Shown: positions 59,800 to 64,000 of the stretch, piece after piece
How the letters are laid out: every line of letters begins with the position of its first letter
How positions within the stretch are numbered: position 1 is the stretch's first letter
Source of the DNA: Mobula hypostoma
Taxonomy: Eukaryota
Length of the DNA: 64,000 nt
Assembly (NCBI RefSeq): GCF_963921235.1
Contig: NC_086107.1
Location: 93,436,001-93,500,000 of the forward strand
Direction of reading: 5' to 3'
Notes under the pieces: generated by a model
What the model was told of the DNA's origin: nothing
The model's database searches: none
Seen by the model: the letters and a program-made list of their open reading frames with translations, nothing else
Made by a program: the position numbers and the translations under genes

Positions 59800-61260
59800 C
59801 AAGCACAACTACCCGTTGCACTTAGGATCGCGAAAGCGCCAAGCTAGCCCTATGCAGTGCCGGGTGCTGGAAAAGGCTGGCATCGAAGAAGGTGGCGGAG
59901 GGTGGAGTGGGGGGTTCGGGGCGGTGCTGGGTTTTTTTAAATTTATTGCTTTTCATTAAAAAGGTAGGAGGGAACGAGAAGGTGGCGATGTGGATTCTTG
60001 TCTCGCAGCCCATGCACCGTCGCATCTCCAGGACCCTGCTAATCCAATTGGCCAATCGCTGCTTAGATGATGGTCTGTAATTAGATAATTGGATTTTATG
60101 TATTGATATGAGAGGAGAGAGAGAGGGGGGAAGAGAGAGACGGCAATTCAATGCTTCGAAGCAGGAATACACTGCCTCAGTCTCACTCACTCGAAGAGGA
60201 CGCATTTCATATTGTGTGGTTCCTGAGAAATTGGTTGCAATTCGGAAATTAGAAGATTAACACCCCCCCCCCCTTTTTTTCTATTCTGCTTTCACAATTG
60301 AATGGATTGGTGGTACGCGAGACTCCGCGAAGGTTGCGGGGCTGTCACTCCGCGTTAAAGGAGGAAAAGAGATTTTCTACCTGTTCTTCCGGAGCACAGT
60401 TTCAATTGAAGGTTAAAAGAAGGGGGCCGGGGGGGGGGGCACGGGGAAACGGATGGTCTTGCTGCCCGCTGCAGTCCGGGTTCATTGACTTGGGGAGAGC
60501 CGGTGAGCGAGGTGGTGGGGGGAGTGAGAGAAGCAAAAAAATATATTTGTTAAAAGGAAAGAAGACAGAGAGAAGCTTGCAGATGAGAAATACCCGCACT
60601 GCTGTGTGACTGGAAACCTTAATAACTCGACAAAGGAGAGATTATTCCATTAACAAAAGGCTGGGAGAGCAAGCCACGTTGAATAGGGGTCCCACTGCAG
60701 GGGTTTGAATCTGCAGGGGAGGGGAGGGAGGACCGGAGAGAGAGGGAGAAGCCATCGAAGAGGCGGAAAATGCTGCAATTGTTCGAATTGTCATCTGGAG
60801 AGACCAAGTGAGACCTTCTTCTTCTCCTCCTCCTCCTACTCTTCAAGCAGGCGAAGAGATATGGGCACTGGACAGCCTGCATGCAGGAAGACGCGAGGCC
60901 TGGTAGATTGATTTATTTTTCAGCCCCCCTTCCTGAATTATCTTTTAACTGCTGGTGACAGGGGGAGTGTGGAAAGGGGGTGGCGAGAAGGGAATGCTCG
61001 GGCGCCGAGTGCCTTCCGCCGCCGATCCGACGCTGAGCTGCCATCTACCCTGTAATCGGGCAGAGAAGGGATCTTTGTTGCCGTAGGGAGATGGAAGGAG
61101 ACGGAATACATAAGAGGCTTTTCATGGGAGACCAGGAACAGCGCAGAGTGGGTGAGTGGTAACCATGGTGACCGGGCTATTGGGTGAGGGAGAGGGGATG
61201 GAGGGGGTTGGCAGTGGTTGGCGATGGAGAGAGGGTTACGGAGTATCAAGTGAGCAAGAG
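59800..61260. promoter_or_regulatory. CpG-rich, repeat-free putative promoter/5' UTR
   Basis: High CpG density with no recognisable repeat. GGGCGG at 59919-59924, CCAATTGGCCAAT at 60044-60056, TAATTA near 60078, and G-runs at 60422-60446. Confidence 0.6.
61091..61151 (+). CDS. Candidate first coding exon of an unidentified host gene (MEGDGIHKRLFMGDQEQRRV-G, phase 1)
   Basis: gagATGG Kozak context (purine at -3, G at +4), 20 open codons, then a GG|GTGAGT donor at the 3' edge of the CpG-rich block. Protein not recognised. Confidence 0.35.
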
Positions 61261-61574
61261 AAAAAATAGAGACTGTTCAGGGCATAAAATCAAAAAAAAA
61301 TCATTACTAATGGAAGATTAAATAGCAACTTACCAAAGGAATTGGAAAGGAAGCACTTTCCCAGCATGAGGAAGTGGACTGAACGGAATTGGATCTCTGA
61401 AAGACTTGGCACGTTGGGCCGAATGGCCTCCTTCTCTGGTAGACGGATTTATTGTTGGACTGGTAGGGAAACGAGCAAGAGGGTGGTGGGCTTCTTTCCA
61501 GAGGGAGATGGAGGCCCTTGTGGTCACTGGAGACGATCAAGGTGTCTAAGGAAATGAAGGCAGAGATCATCAAA

Positions 61575-61710
61575 GCACCAGAGATTCTGCAGATGCTAGA
61601 AATCCACACACACACACAAAGTCAGGCCGCGTCTTGGGAGCGGAATAAACAATATTTAGAGCCGAGACCCTTCATCAGAGATTATAGAAGAGCTGGGGGA
61701 GGAGAATAAT
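61575..61710 (-). mobile_element. Decayed Penelope pLTR fragment
   Basis: gattctgcagatgctagaaatcc ... gccgagacccttcatcag. Confidence 0.7.
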
Positions 61711-62327
61711 GAGAGCATTGATTAAGGGTGTGATGAAATAAAGAACTCAGAAAACAGAACGTGAGGAAGAGATGAGAGGAAGGAGAAAGGGCAGAGAGTC
61801 AGAAGAGAGGACGGGGAGCAGAGGTGAAAATGAACGAACAGCAGGAAATGTAATGAGGGAGACAAAAGAGTAGTTGAAGCAGACAAAGGCAGGGTGTGGA
61901 AAGTAGGCAGGACATCGGGTTAATAGGTAGAGGACAAAGTGAATCAGAACCTGTGGGAGCAACATCTGACAGTGAGCAACAGCAGGATGCGGAGGGACGG
62001 AGGATGGATGTCATCTGGCCTTTCTCATTCTCCTTACCTCCATTACCCCACCACTGGTGGGACTGAAGCTCTCAAATACCCTCACCAAAATCTGTTTGAC
62101 AATCTCTCTACTCCATCAATATGATTGTTACAACCTCTGGTATTCTCCAAGGCTTGATGTAGATTTTCTTTTGCTGCTTAATAGTCTTGAGGACCTGGAG
62201 CTGTCTGACTGTGTTAAAGCTACCATCTCCTTGCGTTTTTTGATTTGAGTCTCAGCTGAACTTGGATAGATTGGGCCTGGTGGCTGCCAAATCTCCAGGA
62301 ACTCTCGAGCTACCTGAGGCAATTAAT

Positions 62328-62985
62328 AACCACCAGAGATTCTGCAGACGCTGGAAATCCTGAGCAACACACGCACAAAATGCTGGAGGAACTCAGCAGG
62401 TCAGGCAGCATCTATGCAGGGGAATAAACAGTCGATATTTCAGGCTGAGACCCTTCGTCAGCACTGGAAAGGAAGGGGAAGAAGCCAGATTGAGAAATTG
62501 GGGGGTGGGGGGGGAGGGAAAGAGTACGACCGTAGCTGACAACTGAAGGTGAGGGGAAAGTGGGTGGGGGGGAGGGAGGGAGGGAGGATGGAATAAGCAG
62601 CTCTCCTTTTCTGTCTTTTGCATTCATAATTATGGCTTCTCTCTAACCCCTTCTCACCTGCCCATCACCTCCTTCTGGTGCCCCCCCTTTCCTTTCCCTC
62701 CATGTTCCACTGTCCTCTTCTATCAAGTTTTTTTCCTCAGCTCTTTCCACTTATTACATCCCGGTTCTTACTTCATCCCCTCTCTCCCACCCACATTCTC
62801 TCTCACCCGGTCTTGCCTATCACCTGCCAGTTCATATTCCACCCTCTCTCCCCATTTTCCTATTCCAGCTTCTGCCCCTTCTTTTCTAATGCTAATGAAG
62901 GGTCTCAGCGTGAAACGACGACTGTTTGTTTCACTCTATAGATGTTGCCTGATCTGCTGAGTTCCTCCTGCATTTTGTATGTGCT
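62328..62985. mobile_element. Non-coding Penelope derivative of two inverted pLTRs
   Basis: Minus pLTR at about 62328-62600 and plus pLTR at about 62630-62985, each with a hammerhead-derived motif. Possible degenerate TSD cctgaggcaattaat / cttaaggaaatcaat. Confidence 0.8.
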
Positions 62986-63384
62986 CTTAAGGAAATCAAT
63001 GCTCTGCCCTTGACCTCCAGCAACCCTGGAATGAAGTAATTGAAGTATCTGAATAAACAGTTGGTTTGCTTTTTAACATTAGCTCTCAGTATATTGTAGA
63101 TGATAATTAGAAGGCGGTAGCCAATTGGTAATCCAAAAAAAAACCCAGATTGCCTCGATTCTGTTCACGTTCTGTTTGGCTGTGGGAAGAAGGAGCATCA
63201 AGGAGATGATGTCAGGTGACCCAAAGTGGAGGAGTTGGGGTTAAGAGAGAGGAGACAATAATTGTGATGTTCCTTCAAGAAGACATCCCACCAAAGTTGA
63301 CAGGACACTATGGAGCCCAATTATAACTGGAATCCTTTATCCTATTACGTTCATTTTTTTTGCAAATATTTTTGATTTTTTTTA

Positions 63385-63855
63385 AAGCAGATTAAAGGAA
63401 AGTATAGATGGATGTCAGAGGTAAGTTCTTCACATAGAGAGTGTGGGTGCGTAGAACACTCTGCCAGGGGTAATGTTAGAGACTGGCACATTAGGAAAAT
63501 TTAAGAGATAGGTGTATGGATGTAAGAAAAATGTAGAATTGCAGGCTGTGTAGGAGGTAAGGTTAGAGTAATTGTAGAGTAGGTTTGTATAGATTGGCAC
63601 AATATCCATGATCTATGATAAGAGGCATAGATAATGTGGACAGCCAGAGACTCTTTCCCAGGATGGAAATGTGGAATACAAGAGGCCATAATATTTACGG
63701 TGATTGGAGGAAAGTATAGGGGGAGGGGGAATCAAAGTTGTTTTAGTTTCACACAGATTAGTGGGTGCCTGGAACACACTGCTGGAGATGGTGGTAGAGG
63801 CGGATACCTTAGGGAAATTTAAAAGACTTTTGGATAGGTACATGGATGTAAGAAA
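63385..63855 (+). mobile_element. Two CR1 3' fragments
   Basis: RLVGAWNTLLEMVVEADTLGKFKRLLDRYMD. Confidence 0.8.
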
Positions 63856-63857
63856 AA

Positions 63858-64000
63858 TCAGAATCAGGTTTAATATCACTAGCATATGCTGTGAAATTTG
63901 TTAAGTTTATGGCAGCAGTACAATAAAATACATGATAAGTACAGAGAAGAAAAAGACTTGAGTTACATTGAGTAGATATGTCTATTAAGTTAAAATAAGT
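63858..64000 (-). mobile_element. Rex1/Babar 3' UTR running off the window
   Basis: cagaatcaggtttaatatcact...gaaatttgtt, the same as 39742 and 43110. Confidence 0.7.

Noticed and set aside
59822..60205. 127-aa minus-strand ORF in the CpG block
   Set aside because: It crosses a GA microsatellite and homopolymer runs and has no recognisable homology; it fits promoter/UTR sequence better.

Overview
This is eukaryotic, repeat-dominated, apparently intergenic DNA. The repeat mix (CR1 LINEs, Rex1/Babar LINE 3' ends, V-domain tRNA-derived SINEs, Deu-domain SINE relics, Penelope-like elements, Tc1/hAT/Harbinger MITEs) points to a cartilaginous fish, probably a ray. That assignment is inferred from recalled repeat families, not from a search. 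I can identify no complete host protein-coding gene. Every long ORF with a recognisable product is retrotransposon-derived: a 5'-truncated Penelope RT/GIY-YIG ORF at 11225-12373 and two CR1 copies at 43858-46980 and about 54470-58293. The only host-gene signal is a CpG-rich, repeat-free block at about 59.6-61.3 kb with GC/CCAAT boxes and a candidate first coding exon (ATG at 61091, GTGAGT donor at 61152). The most interesting observations are: (i) many minimal hammerhead-ribozyme motifs in Penelope pseudo-LTRs, including small non-coding fold-back units with their own target-site duplications; (ii) a twin-priming-type 5' inversion in a CR1; (iii) a Tc1 derivative with three TIRs that keeps only the DNA-binding domain; (iv) a 61-bp segment shared between MITEs of different superfamilies; (v) a bipartite RTE-derived element, a Hero LINE remnant and two solo LTRs. 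Family names come from motif recognition and need confirming with RepeatMasker/Dfam. Boundaries without a stated TSD are approximate.
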